This document shows positions 1 to 8,768 of a DNA stretch of 64,000 nt, one piece after another. The stretch comes from a bacterium (GTDB taxonomy: Bacteria > Sysuimicrobiota > Sysuimicrobiia > Sysuimicrobiales > Kaftiobacteriaceae): assembly GCA_036505015.1 (NCBI GenBank), contig DASXUC010000026.1, forward strand, positions 4,229-68,228, written 5' to 3'. A model generated the notes under the pieces. That model was not told the origin of the DNA. It ran no database searches and saw nothing but the letters and a program-made list of their open reading frames with translations. The translations under genes were made by a program, and so were the position numbers. The number at the start of each line of letters is the position of its first letter. Positions within the stretch are counted from its first letter, which is position 1.

Positions 1-329
1 GAAGGTACAGAAGAGACCGCGGACGCAGCAATCCGATGACCGAACGAACCGTATCGGGTCTCCGCCCGATGCGGGACGGTCCCTGCCGTCTAGCGGCCCC
101 GAAGCGGGCGATGATCCAGCCGGAAACGGTGTCGAGAAACCCCGAGATGAACGCCGGTGGAAGCGTGGCGTATTCCTGCGGCCCTCCGGTGGTGGCGGTC
201 AAGAACAGGTGGTTCGCGCGCGGAAACACTGTGACGGGATCATAGCGATGAAAAGGCGCATCGTCTACGCTGCGGGCGGCACCAGCGGCGCCGCCTCGGC
301 GACCAGGTCCAGCAGGAGACGGCCCCGCA

Positions 330-1226
330 TCATGCCGCCTCGGGAATCCGGATCAGCAGTACCGGCACGTCGGTATGCCCGATGACGCGCGACGCCACGC
401 TGCCGGCCCAGGCACCGGCGACCCCTGAACGCCCGTGGGTGGCGATCACAATGAGATCGATCCCGCGGCCGGCCGCCGCCTGCAGCAGCATCCGCACGGC
501 CTCGCCGCGCTCGATCAGACCGGACGCCGCCAGGCCATCCGCGGCCAGGCTGTGGACGGTCGCGTCGAGATACTCCTGCATCTGCCGCGCCTCCAGATCG
601 AGCACCTCGGCGGCCGCCGACGGCATCAACCGGGTCGCCGCCGCGCGCTCCGGAGGGGCGGTTTCGGGCGTGGGCACCACCGAGACCAGCAATATCGCCG
701 CCGCGCAGGCGCGCCCGATCGCCGCCGCCGCCGGCAGCGCGACCGCCGCCGCCTCGCTGCCATCGAGCGGGACCATGATCCGGCGGCAGACAAAGTCGGC
801 CGGGCCTGCAGGTTTCGTCAGCAGCACCGGCGTCGCACCGTACCGCAGCACCTGCTGGGCCACGCTGCCGAACAGGGCGCCCCGGACGCCACCGCTGCCG
901 TGGGTGCACAACACGGTGAGGTCGGCGCCGACCGCCGTCCCCGCCTCGGCAATTTCCTTGGGCACATCGGTCGATCCCCGGCGCACCAGCGCGCTGGCCT
1001 CGACGTGCTGGGCGGCCAGCCGCGCGGCGATCTGCCCGAGGTAGGCGCCGGCGTCCTCGGCGCGGGTCAGGTGGCGATCGCCGTGCACCGTCGGGGCCGC
1101 GTGGGGTTCGACGACATGGACCGCGGTAATTCTGGCGGGCAGGCGCTGCGCGAGCGCGATGGCGGCGGGCAACGCGCTTTCCGCCAGGACGGAGCCATCG
1201 AGCGGTACGAGCAGGTGCGTAAACAT
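330..1226 (-). CDS. Universal stress protein with tandem UspA domains
   Basis: 298 aa. Two repeats of the UspA-like pattern (LVPLDGS...; MVPLDGSE...; ends ...ATHGRSG...VPVLL). Confidence 0.85.
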   Translation of the reverse strand: MFTHLLVPLDGSVLAESALPAAIALAQRLPARITAVHVVEPHAAPTVHGDRHLTRAEDAGAYLGQIAARLAAQHVEASALVRRGSTDVPKEIAEAGTAVGADLTVLCTHGSGGVRGALFGSVAQQVLRYGATPVLLTKPAGPADFVCRRIMVPLDGSEAAAVALPAAAAIGRACAAAILLVSVVPTPETAPPERAAATRLMPSAAAEVLDLEARQMQEYLDATVHSLAADGLAASGLIERGEAVRMLLQAAAGRGIDLIVIATHGRSGVAGAWAGSVASRVIGHTDVPVLLIRIPEAA

Positions 1227-1227
1227 C

Positions 1228-2538
1228 CTATCCGCCTCCCACCAGGCCGACCAGCAGCCAGACGTTGAGGGCGATGATGCCGGCGGTCACGACGGTGGCG
1301 GTGAGCGTCGTGAGGCGCGAGTTGGCCAGCGCACCCATCAGATCCCGCCGGCTCGTAAACCACACGAGGGGCGCCAGTGCAAACGGCAGGCCGAAGCTGA
1401 GCACGACCTGGCTGATCACCAGCGTGCGTGTCGGTTCCAGACCGATGGCGATCACGGCGAATGCCGGCAGCATCGTGACCAGCCGCCGCACCCACACCGG
1501 AATCCTCCGGTGCAGGAACCCCTGCATGATCACCTGTCCGGCCATCGTGCCGACCGTGGATGACGACAGTCCTGACGCCAGCAGCGAGACGGCGAAGACG
1601 ACGCTGCTGGCCCCGCCCAGCAGCGGTGCCAGCGTGCGGTGGGCCTCTTCGATCGTGGCGATCTGGGTCAGACCGTGCGTGAAAAACGTCGACGCGGCCA
1701 TGATCAACATGGCGCCGTTGACCAGCCCGGCCAGCCCCATCGCGATGACGACATCGACGATCTCGAAGCGAAACAGCCGCCGCGCCTGCGCCTCGTCCTG
1801 GGGGACGATCCGCCGCTGGGTCAGGGCCGAGTGCAGGAAGACGACGTGCGGCATCACGGTGGCCCCCAGGATCCCGGTGGCCAGCAAGATGCTGTCGGTG
1901 CCCGAGAAGCGAGGGACGAACGCCCCGGACGCCACCGCCAGCCACGACGGACGGTCGAGGAATGTCTCGATCACATAGCAAATCGCGATGACGCCGACCA
2001 GCGCCGTGATCACCGCTTCCACCGGCCGAAAGCCGTGGCGCTCCAGCGCGAGGATCGCCAGGGTCAGGATGCCGGCCAGCACCGCGGCGGCCAGCAGCGG
2101 CAGGTGAAACAACAGGTACAGGCCCAAGGCGGCGCCGAGGAACTCGGCGAGATCGGTGGCCATCGCGACCAGCTCGCTGATCACCCACATCGCCCACACG
2201 ATCGGCCGGGGCAGCTGCTCGCGGCACGTTTCGGCGAGGTTGAGGCCCGTCGCGATGCCCAATTTGGCGGACAGCGCCTGCACCAGCATCGCGATGAGGT
2301 TGCTGGCCACGATCACCCACAACAGCAGGTAGCCGAACTGCGCGCCCCCCTGGATATTCGTGGCGAAGTTGCCTGGGTCGACGTAGGCGACGCTGGCGAC
2401 GAAGGCCGGGCCGAGAAACGGCAGGATCCGGGCGAGGGTCCCGCGGGGGCCACGCCCCTCCAGGATCTCGACGGCGCCGGCAATCGTGCTCGCGTCTCTG
2501 CGGCCGGAGACTTGCCCCAGTGGGTCGCGGTTTGCCAT
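1228..2538 (-). CDS. mntH: NRAMP-family divalent metal (Mn2+/Fe2+) transporter
   Basis: 436 aa polytopic protein. Carries the hallmark GPAFVASVAYVDPGNFATNIQGGAQFGY motif. Confidence 0.9.
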   Translation of the reverse strand: MANRDPLGQVSGRRDASTIAGAVEILEGRGPRGTLARILPFLGPAFVASVAYVDPGNFATNIQGGAQFGYLLLWVIVASNLIAMLVQALSAKLGIATGLNLAETCREQLPRPIVWAMWVISELVAMATDLAEFLGAALGLYLLFHLPLLAAAVLAGILTLAILALERHGFRPVEAVITALVGVIAICYVIETFLDRPSWLAVASGAFVPRFSGTDSILLATGILGATVMPHVVFLHSALTQRRIVPQDEAQARRLFRFEIVDVVIAMGLAGLVNGAMLIMAASTFFTHGLTQIATIEEAHRTLAPLLGGASSVVFAVSLLASGLSSSTVGTMAGQVIMQGFLHRRIPVWVRRLVTMLPAFAVIAIGLEPTRTLVISQVVLSFGLPFALAPLVWFTSRRDLMGALANSRLTTLTATVVTAGIIALNVWLLVGLVGGG

Positions 2539-2609
2539 GTCGCTGGACTTCAGCCTACACCAAATTTGCCGTGCGAAGAATACGGAAGGCGGCGGCGGTT
2601 TGTCGGTGG

Positions 2610-3248
2610 TCAGGCGGACTGACGCTGTTTGGACGCGGTGCGCACCTCAAACGTGCAGCGTGGATCGCCCCGCACGATCCACTCCGACTGCTCGACGTCC
2701 TGCCCCGTCAGATCGGAGAGGACGAGACGAGCCGCGCAGCACAGCTCGCGGAATTCGAGCGCCAGGGATGCCAGCGGACATTCATGGAGGGAGAACTGAA
2801 GCCCATCGTCCGTCTGCATCACGGTTGAGGTGTCCATGCCGGCGAAGACGACCTGCCGGGCGGACTCGAGCCGAGAGGCGGTGTCGGGTATGCGCCCGAC
2901 CTCGGGGTGCATCGCGGCCAGCAGGCGGGCGATGGCCGGGAACATCGCCTCGATCTGTTCGGGCGCTGCGGTCTGCAGACGCGCGAACACCGCCTCGAGC
3001 AGCGCGGGGTAGCTGCCGGTTGCGGCCAGTGCCATCGGGACGGTCAGCGAGTAGACCTGGGGCGGCCGCCCGCTCCCGGAGCGGTTCGACCGCGCGGTCA
3101 CCGCCCCGACGCGACCCAGCGCGTCGAGATGGCGCCGCACCGTCGAGCGGGACAACCCGGTGGCCCGCTGCAGGGCGCTCACCGTAGACCCGCCGGTGCG
3201 CCGCATCGCCGTCATCACGCGGGTCCGGCTTGACGCTTGGACGGCCAT
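2610..3248 (-). CDS. Winged-HTH transcriptional regulator (ArsR-like N-terminus) with a Cys-containing C-terminal domain
   Basis: N-terminal STVSALQRATGLSRSTVRRHLDAL HTH. C-terminal HECPLA...ELCCAA...GDPRCTFEV cysteines. The family call is approximate. Confidence 0.6.
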   Translation of the reverse strand: MAVQASSRTRVMTAMRRTGGSTVSALQRATGLSRSTVRRHLDALGRVGAVTARSNRSGSGRPPQVYSLTVPMALAATGSYPALLEAVFARLQTAAPEQIEAMFPAIARLLAAMHPEVGRIPDTASRLESARQVVFAGMDTSTVMQTDDGLQFSLHECPLASLALEFRELCCAARLVLSDLTGQDVEQSEWIVRGDPRCTFEVRTASKQRQSA

Positions 3249-3308
3249 GACTTCACCTTACCCGGTCCGGCCGATGCGACGCCATCCGGCGGTCACAGTA
3301 TTTCCGTT

Positions 3309-3773
3309 CTACTTCACCACGAGCACGCCCTTCATACCGGCCTCGTAGTGTCCTTCAGCGTGGCACGCCATCTCGAAGGTGCCCTTCCGGGTGGGCGTGA
3401 ATTTCAGCTCCGCGCGCTTTCCCGGCTTCACCTCGACCTCAAAGACGCTCGTTCCGGCCACGGCGCCCATCCCCTCAAACTCGCCTTCGACCTCGCCCAT
3501 GTTCTGGAAGTACGTGTTGGGCATGATGTACGCGTCCCAGTCGGACACCTTGCTCTTCGGCGCCGGATAGACCATGAACTCGTGCTCGACCTTGCCCTTG
3601 TTGATCAGAGTGATCTCGGCCTCTACCCCAGCCTGCAGCGTGACCGTGGCGGGAGTGAATTTGAAGTCGGTCATCGTAATCGTGACCTTCTGCACCTTGG
3701 GTGCTCCGGCCGCCGGAACCGCAACCGCCAGGGCCACGATCACAATCAGGATCAGCACTCCCCTCGAACGCAT
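3309..3773 (-). CDS. Membrane-anchored type-1 (blue) copper cupredoxin
   Basis: One TM/signal segment, then a cupredoxin pattern with ligands H(VEHEF)...C-x4-H-x4-M (MACHAEGHYEAGM). Start refined to the ATG at 3773, preceded by GAGGGG. The ORF track extends to 3827. Confidence 0.75.
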   Translation of the reverse strand: MRSRGVLILIVIVALAVAVPAAGAPKVQKVTITMTDFKFTPATVTLQAGVEAEITLINKGKVEHEFMVYPAPKSKVSDWDAYIMPNTYFQNMGEVEGEFEGMGAVAGTSVFEVEVKPGKRAELKFTPTRKGTFEMACHAEGHYEAGMKGVLVVK

Positions 3774-3940
3774 CGGGCACCCCTCGTGTCGGTCAATTTT
3801 TGGTGCTACCTGTCCCACAGCAGGCACCGCTTTTAGAAGATCTCTGATCTGACGATAGGCGCTACGAAACGCTGGTGCCTATCGGACGCGGACCTGATAT
3901 CCGCCCCCAGAGGAGCCGAACGTGTTCCGGAAGCGAGACG

Positions 3941-5284
3941 CTACTTCAGGGTGAGCAGGTAAGCGACGAGCGCTTTGAGATCGCTATCCGAGGTCTTGTC
4001 GAACGCCGGCATGGTCGCCTGCGGGTTCACGGCACGAGGATTGCGAATGAGGTCCATCAGCTTGTCGCCAGAGTAGGAACCGCTGCCGATGTGTGTGAGT
4101 TCGGGACCGAAGTCGACCCCCTCGCCCTTGACCAAATGGCAGTTGAGGCATTGGCTTGCTACGAAAACTTGATGACCTTGGTCGATGAGTGCCTGGGGTG
4201 ATCCGGATGGCGCCGGGCGGGTGCCGGGTGGCGGCTGCACCGCCCCCAAATAGGTAAGCCCGGCCAGCGCCACGACGATGACCCCCGCGGCCCCGATTGC
4301 ATAGGTCCGGCGGCGCGGGCGCCGCTCGGGGCTCCTGTCCAGAAGCGGGAGCAGCACGAGCAACGTGATTGCGGCCAGAGGAAGCACCACCACGCCGATC
4401 GGTTCCCACACGGGTCCCTGGAAGTACTTCAGCAGCTGAAAGAGGAAGAGGAAGTACCATTCCGGCCGCGGCACGTACGTGGTCGACGAGGGATCGGCGC
4501 GAACCTCCGTAGGAATCCCCCAGACGGCAGTAAGGCCCAAAAGAATGAGCAGGATGGCCAGCGAGACGGCAAGATCCTCGGCCAGCTGGTCAGGATAGAA
4601 CGGCTTTGTCTTTCGGACCGATGCCTCGTTGCCGGGCGCGGGGGCAATGCCGTGCCTGTAGACGAGGTAGAGATGGAGGATAACGAGCGGCACCAAGAGA
4701 GCCGGAAGCACCAACACATGCACGGAGAAAAACCGCACAAGCGTGACGGGACCGACGTCGGCTTCGCCCCGCACGATCCGCAGGAGCCAGTCGCCGATCA
4801 GCGGCACTGTACCGACGACTTTTGTGCCTACCACTGTGGCCCAGTATGAACGCTGGGTCCAGGGCAGCAGGTATCCCGTGAAGGCAAACCCCATGACAAG
4901 TACCGCGAGGCCAACACCGGCTATCCAGGTCAGCTCCCGCGGAGCTTTGTACGATCCCCAGGCGAACACCCGCAGCAGGTGGAGGGCGATGACGATGATC
5001 AGCGCGTTCGCGCCCCAGTGATGCAGACCGCGCACGACCGAGCCGAAGAATACCTGCGTCGTCACAAACGTGATGCTGTCGTAGGCGTTCTCCGGCGTGG
5101 GCGAGTAGTTCAATGCCAGGACGATTCCGGTAACGACCTGAAGGACGAGCAGGAAAAGGGCGACGCTGCCCAGCGTGTGCGGAAGCCCGGTCTCTTCCGG
5201 CAGATTGCGGTTCAGAAATCCGCCGAACAACGGCCCCCCGAGTCTCTCTCGCAGCCAGCCGGAACGTCGCGGGGTCTCTGTCAC
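3941..5284 (-). CDS. Cytochrome b (b6 plus subunit-IV-like) fused to a C-terminal monoheme cytochrome c
   Basis: 447 aa. Bis-His heme b helices (GLHHWGANA...ALHLLRVF; FSVHVLV...ILHLYLV). C-terminal CLNCH heme-c motif with a downstream Met (ATMPAF). Confidence 0.85.
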   Translation of the reverse strand: MTETPRRSGWLRERLGGPLFGGFLNRNLPEETGLPHTLGSVALFLLVLQVVTGIVLALNYSPTPENAYDSITFVTTQVFFGSVVRGLHHWGANALIIVIALHLLRVFAWGSYKAPRELTWIAGVGLAVLVMGFAFTGYLLPWTQRSYWATVVGTKVVGTVPLIGDWLLRIVRGEADVGPVTLVRFFSVHVLVLPALLVPLVILHLYLVYRHGIAPAPGNEASVRKTKPFYPDQLAEDLAVSLAILLILLGLTAVWGIPTEVRADPSSTTYVPRPEWYFLFLFQLLKYFQGPVWEPIGVVVLPLAAITLLVLLPLLDRSPERRPRRRTYAIGAAGVIVVALAGLTYLGAVQPPPGTRPAPSGSPQALIDQGHQVFVASQCLNCHLVKGEGVDFGPELTHIGSGSYSGDKLMDLIRNPRAVNPQATMPAFDKTSDSDLKALVAYLLTLK

Positions 5285-5790
5285 GTACCGCCCCGGTGGA
5301 AGGCACCCATATACAGGGCCTCCCCCTCGACTTTCGCCTCATAGTAATCCAAGGGCCGCGGTGGGGGGCCGCTGACCACGTCCCCCTTTGCGTTGAAGAC
5401 TCCATTGTGACAGGGGCAAATGAACAGCCCGCGGGAGACGTCCCAATGATACGCGCACCCGAGGTGCGTGCAGTGGTTGTCAAAAATCTTGAACCCGCCC
5501 TCCGGGAGCCTGACGACCCACACCTGCATCTGGCCGGTAACGTTCACCCACCCTTCCTGCGACGGGTGGACATGATGCGCGAGCCGGGGCTCCGCGCCAA
5601 AGGCGGAAACGGGCCCGACCTTGATCCACTGGGCCTTCTCCTGCCTTCGGATTGCCGGAGAAAAGATGCTCCCGAGAGTCGGGACGCCGACGAGCAGGCC
5701 GATCAGAGTGGCGAGGCCCCAGAAGAGGCGTCCAAAGAACGTCCGCCGGCTGATCGCCAGTGCACCCCCGGTTGCTGGTCCGTCTGCCAC
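5281..5790 (-). CDS. Rieske [2Fe-2S] subunit of a bc-type complex
   Basis: CTHLGC and CPCHNG boxes with an N-terminal TM helix. There is a 4-nt overlap with the cytochrome b gene. Confidence 0.9.
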   Translation of the reverse strand: MADGPATGGALAISRRTFFGRLFWGLATLIGLLVGVPTLGSIFSPAIRRQEKAQWIKVGPVSAFGAEPRLAHHVHPSQEGWVNVTGQMQVWVVRLPEGGFKIFDNHCTHLGCAYHWDVSRGLFICPCHNGVFNAKGDVVSGPPPRPLDYYEAKVEGEALYMGAFHRGGT

Positions 5791-5802
5791 AGCAGCGGGG
5801 CG

Positions 5803-6291
5803 CTAGCGCGTCATTTTGAGCGGTGCCGGGGGACTGGCCGGCAGTCGATAGACAACGTAAGCGTGGTCGGTTTTCGCATGACACACGTTGCAGGCGCCGA
5901 CAATCTGCGGCACCAAGCCTTGATACTGTGACCAGTTCTTTGCTTTCGCAGCGGCTACAAGCTTGTCGAGGTAGTTGGTCTCAAACGCTTTGAGGAGAGG
6001 AGCCCTCGCGGGCCGGGTCGTCTCGGCGACTTCCTGAATCTCTATCATCTCGTCGAGCATGTATGTGGCGAGATCCCAGTTGCCACCTTTTGCCGCGTAG
6101 TATGCGTTCGTGAAGCGGGCCCCGTACTCGATCATCACGGTCCCCAAGCCCGGCTGGATACTCGCCAGTGTGTTGAACTTCTCATCCGTTGTGCCCTTCA
6201 GCCAGCTCGGGGCTTGGGTATATGCGACGCCCACCGCGAGCCCGGTAATAAGCACGATCCCCACGAAGACTGCCGTGTTTCGGGACATCAT
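5803..6291 (-). CDS. Membrane-anchored c-type cytochrome with a single C-terminal CxxCH (class-II / cytochrome c-prime-like layout)
   Basis: 162 aa with an N-terminal TM helix and a helical-looking body. The only heme motif, CNVCH, lies about 25 aa from the C-terminus. Confidence 0.6.
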   Translation of the reverse strand: MMSRNTAVFVGIVLITGLAVGVAYTQAPSWLKGTTDEKFNTLASIQPGLGTVMIEYGARFTNAYYAAKGGNWDLATYMLDEMIEIQEVAETTRPARAPLLKAFETNYLDKLVAAAKAKNWSQYQGLVPQIVGACNVCHAKTDHAYVVYRLPASPPAPLKMTR

Positions 6292-6365
6292 CTATCCTCC
6301 CTTCATCAGATTGCGTGCGTTGACTCGCGCGTGACGTTCGGAGATGCGCTGCGATGTTCCTGGCA

Positions 6366-6839
6366 TCATCGGTTCCCGGCATCAATTACGACCAGGTGTC
6401 CGATCATCGTGTCGTGATCCGGTGAACACGTCGCCGTCGCCGGATCGTACGGTAGGTAGCACCGGTACACAAAAATTCCCGGCTTATCCGCCACAAACGT
6501 GAGCACTTCCGATGCCTGCTCGCCACCGGTGAGAGGTCCGGTGCGCACGCCGTATCCGACAATTTCGATCCCGTGGCGGTAGAAGGATTGGTTGATAACC
6601 CGCAGGTGGACGGTATCCCCCCGTCGGACGACCATTAACTGGGGATCATAGAGGTGACGAAGCGCCGGCCCACCGATCGACCCCTCCGTGGTGACAAGGA
6701 GGGAAAGGTCGATCGTCGTGGCGGGGGCGGGAGCGGGATGGGTAGGGGCCGGTGTCAGCAGTATCAGCAGGCTGAGCGCGATGCCCGCAACCGAGACCGC
6801 AAGCGTAACCCCCCTCACGGCCGACCTGGAGCCATCCAT
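6366..6839 (-). CDS. Membrane-anchored cupredoxin-like protein, paralog A (H-x37-C-x10-C-x3-H-x2-M)
   Basis: 157 aa with a TM anchor. Cupredoxin beta pattern (RRGDTVHLRVIN...HGIEI...GIFVYRCYLPYDPATATCSPDHDTMIGHLVV). Confidence 0.65.
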   Translation of the reverse strand: MDGSRSAVRGVTLAVSVAGIALSLLILLTPAPTHPAPAPATTIDLSLLVTTEGSIGGPALRHLYDPQLMVVRRGDTVHLRVINQSFYRHGIEIVGYGVRTGPLTGGEQASEVLTFVADKPGIFVYRCYLPYDPATATCSPDHDTMIGHLVVIDAGNR

Positions 6840-6848
6840 CGAGGCACC

Positions 6849-7391
6849 CTATTCCGTCACGATGAGGTAGCCGAGCATGAGATCGTGGTCAGGAGTGCAG
6901 TTAAATTTCGCGGGATCGTATGGAAGGATGCATCGGTACGCGAAGACCCCGGTCTGATCGGCGATGAAGTGCAGGCGGTCGCTGGTGCCTGGTTTGAGGA
7001 CCCCGGTCTTAAGGTTGTACCCGGAGAGCTCCAACTGGTGGTTCACCTTGTCCGGATTGCCAACGGCAAGGTCCACGGTGTCGCCTTTGCGCACAACGAG
7101 CATGGTAGGATACCAACGGTGCGCCGCCATCCCCTGCCCACTGAACGTGGCGACCACCATGGAAAGCTTCAGTGTCGCCGGCTGTCGAGGTGGAGGTGTG
7201 ACTTCGGTCGTGGCGCGGCGGGCATAAGCGATTCCGCTGACCGCCAGAGCCACGATGGCGACGAAGAGAGCAAAGTAGCCCGTCCCGTTGCTGCGGCGTT
7301 CCATGCTATTTGACCGCCTGAGCTCCCATTTACCCTTTAGGTTACCGTACCAATACGCACCGCGCATAGGGTGTCCGCCTGATTTGGGCAT
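6849..7391 (-). CDS. Membrane-anchored cupredoxin-like protein, paralog B (H-x35-C-x10-C-x3-H-x2-M)
   Basis: 180 aa. Same architecture as paralog A (RKGDTVDLAVGN...HQLEL...GVFAYRCILPYDPAKFNCTPDHDLMLGYLIV). GAGGAG RBS lies 6 nt upstream of the ATG at 7391. Confidence 0.65.
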   Translation of the reverse strand: MPKSGGHPMRGAYWYGNLKGKWELRRSNSMERRSNGTGYFALFVAIVALAVSGIAYARRATTEVTPPPRQPATLKLSMVVATFSGQGMAAHRWYPTMLVVRKGDTVDLAVGNPDKVNHQLELSGYNLKTGVLKPGTSDRLHFIADQTGVFAYRCILPYDPAKFNCTPDHDLMLGYLIVTE

Positions 7392-7603
7392 CTACATCTC
7401 CTCTAATTGACGGAGCGCGCTCGTCCTTGTGCAAGGTCCTTTCACGCGCAAATGGCGACCGTCGGAAACATCGGATTGACGCTGTAGAACTCCCTCGGGT
7501 CTTTCGTCGTCTCCAGAATCGGCTGGGAACCCGATACATAGACCGGCAGGGGGTGCCTACGCTGAAACCGTCAGAGATAACGATCCATAAAGGAGGAGTC
7601 ACA

Positions 7604-8173
7604 ATGGCGGCACAGACCACCGTTTATGATGATCCTAAGTTCGTGCGGACACTATTCTCTACTTCAACGTTCGCATGGCTGTGGGCGATAGTGCGCATCT
7701 GGCTTGGCTGGCAGTGGATTCAGGCAGCGGAGCACAAGATCGGCGACGCGGCCTGGGTCGGAGGGGGCGCCGCGCTGAAGGGTTTCTGGGAGCGCGCGGT
7801 CGCGATCCCGGCGGCCCCAGCCAGGCCGGCAATCACGTTCGACTGGTACCGCAGTTTCCTGCAGTACATGCTGGATATCCACGCATACACATGGTTCGCG
7901 AAGATCGTCGCATACGGCGAACTACTGGTGGGCATCGCGCTGATCGTCGGTGCCTTCGTCGGCATCGCCGCGTTCTTCGGGGCGCTGATGAACTTCAACT
8001 TCATGCTGGCGGGATCGGCCAGCACAAACCCGATGCTGTTCATCATCGCGGTCCTGCTGGTCCTGGCCTGGAAGGTCGCCGGATACTACGGGCTGGACCG
8101 CTACCTCCTGTCGGTCCTGGGCACGCCCTGGAAGCCGGGACGCGTCTTCAAAGGTCGGCCGGTGATGGCCTGA
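7604..8173 (+). CDS. DoxX-family membrane protein
   Basis: DoxX-like 4-TM pattern (YGELLVGIALIVG...MNFNFMLAG...VLAWKVAGYYGLD). Start refined to the ATG at 7604, with AGGAGG at 7591. Confidence 0.8.
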   Translation: MAAQTTVYDDPKFVRTLFSTSTFAWLWAIVRIWLGWQWIQAAEHKIGDAAWVGGGAALKGFWERAVAIPAAPARPAITFDWYRSFLQYMLDIHAYTWFAKIVAYGELLVGIALIVGAFVGIAAFFGALMNFNFMLAGSASTNPMLFIIAVLLVLAWKVAGYYGLDRYLLSVLGTPWKPGRVFKGRPVMA

Positions 8174-8190
8174 TCGCTGAGGGAAACAAA

Positions 8191-8230
8191 GGGAGCAGAG
8201 GGAAAGATCCTTCTGCTCCCACTTTCGTGT
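8191..8230 (+). terminator. Putative intrinsic terminator after the DoxX gene
   Basis: About 12-bp stem GGGAGCAGAGGG / CCTTCTGCTCCC with a 6-nt loop, followed by ACTTTCGTGT (weak U-tract). Confidence 0.5.
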
Positions 8231-8242
8231 GCGGAGGTGCAT

Positions 8243-8755
8243 ATGAGCATCAGCGCGAGGGAACTGTGGACCGTGCTGCACGGCCTTGTCTTTGGCTCGG
8301 CATTTCTCCTCGCGTTCGCAGGGGGAGTAGCCGGATTGTACAGCCTCCGGCCGGAGTGGGTTACCGTCCAGGGGATCCGCGAGCGGCTGAACCGCCTGCT
8401 CGCCGGTACCTGGATCATGGCGGTAGTCGCCTGGATCACCGTCCTCAGCGGGACGTACATCGTCTACCCGTGGTACCGGGCGCAGGGCCCCACCAGCCCG
8501 CGCTCGATCCTGCTGGCAAGTGATGCCACCAAAACCTGGCACACCTTCGGCATGGAGTGGAAGGAGCACATCGGCTGGTTCGCACCGATTCTCGCCACCG
8601 CGGTGGCCTTCATCGTGACACGGTATGGACCGGATCTCGCCAGGAACAACAAGCTGCGCCAGGCCGCGCTGTGGCTGTTTGTCTTTGCGTTCGCGGCGGC
8701 CGGCATCGCCGGACTCTTCGGGGCGTTCCTGAACAAAGTCGCCCCGGTACGGTAG
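8243..8755 (+). CDS. Hypothetical 4-TM membrane protein with conserved-looking His residues
   Basis: Hydrophobic segments. GGAGG lies 5 nt upstream of the ATG at 8243. No family recognised. Confidence 0.55.
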   Translation: MSISARELWTVLHGLVFGSAFLLAFAGGVAGLYSLRPEWVTVQGIRERLNRLLAGTWIMAVVAWITVLSGTYIVYPWYRAQGPTSPRSILLASDATKTWHTFGMEWKEHIGWFAPILATAVAFIVTRYGPDLARNNKLRQAALWLFVFAFAAAGIAGLFGAFLNKVAPVR

Positions 8756-8768
8756 AGGAGGATTCTCG

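Noticed and set aside
1-262. Open minus-strand frame running off the left edge (…VDDAPFHRYDPVTVFPRANHLFLTATTGGPQEYATLPPAFISGFLDTVSGWIIARFG…), and the 69-aa plus-strand ORF 36-245.
   Set aside because: The minus frame has GC3 bias compatible with coding. However, no start codon, RBS or recognisable family was found, and it contains rare AGA codons. The plus ORF looks non-coding. Evidence is too weak to call either.
1067-2320. Long alternative-frame or antisense ORFs throughout the track. Examples: 1067-2320, 1639-2622, 8909-9781, 11070-11996, 25263-26600, 28204-29415, 29988-31061, 34829-35905, 49127-50812, 55756-57174, 61791-62882.
   Set aside because: They overlap genes with strong family signatures on the other strand or frame. 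They are Arg/Gly/Pro/Ala-rich low-complexity translations typical of open frames in about 68% GC DNA. No motifs were recognised.
2539-2609. Possible MntR/DtxR-type operator upstream of mntH (…AAATTTGGTGTAGGCTGAAG…).
   Set aside because: It has only partial resemblance to iron/manganese boxes and no convincing dyad symmetry.
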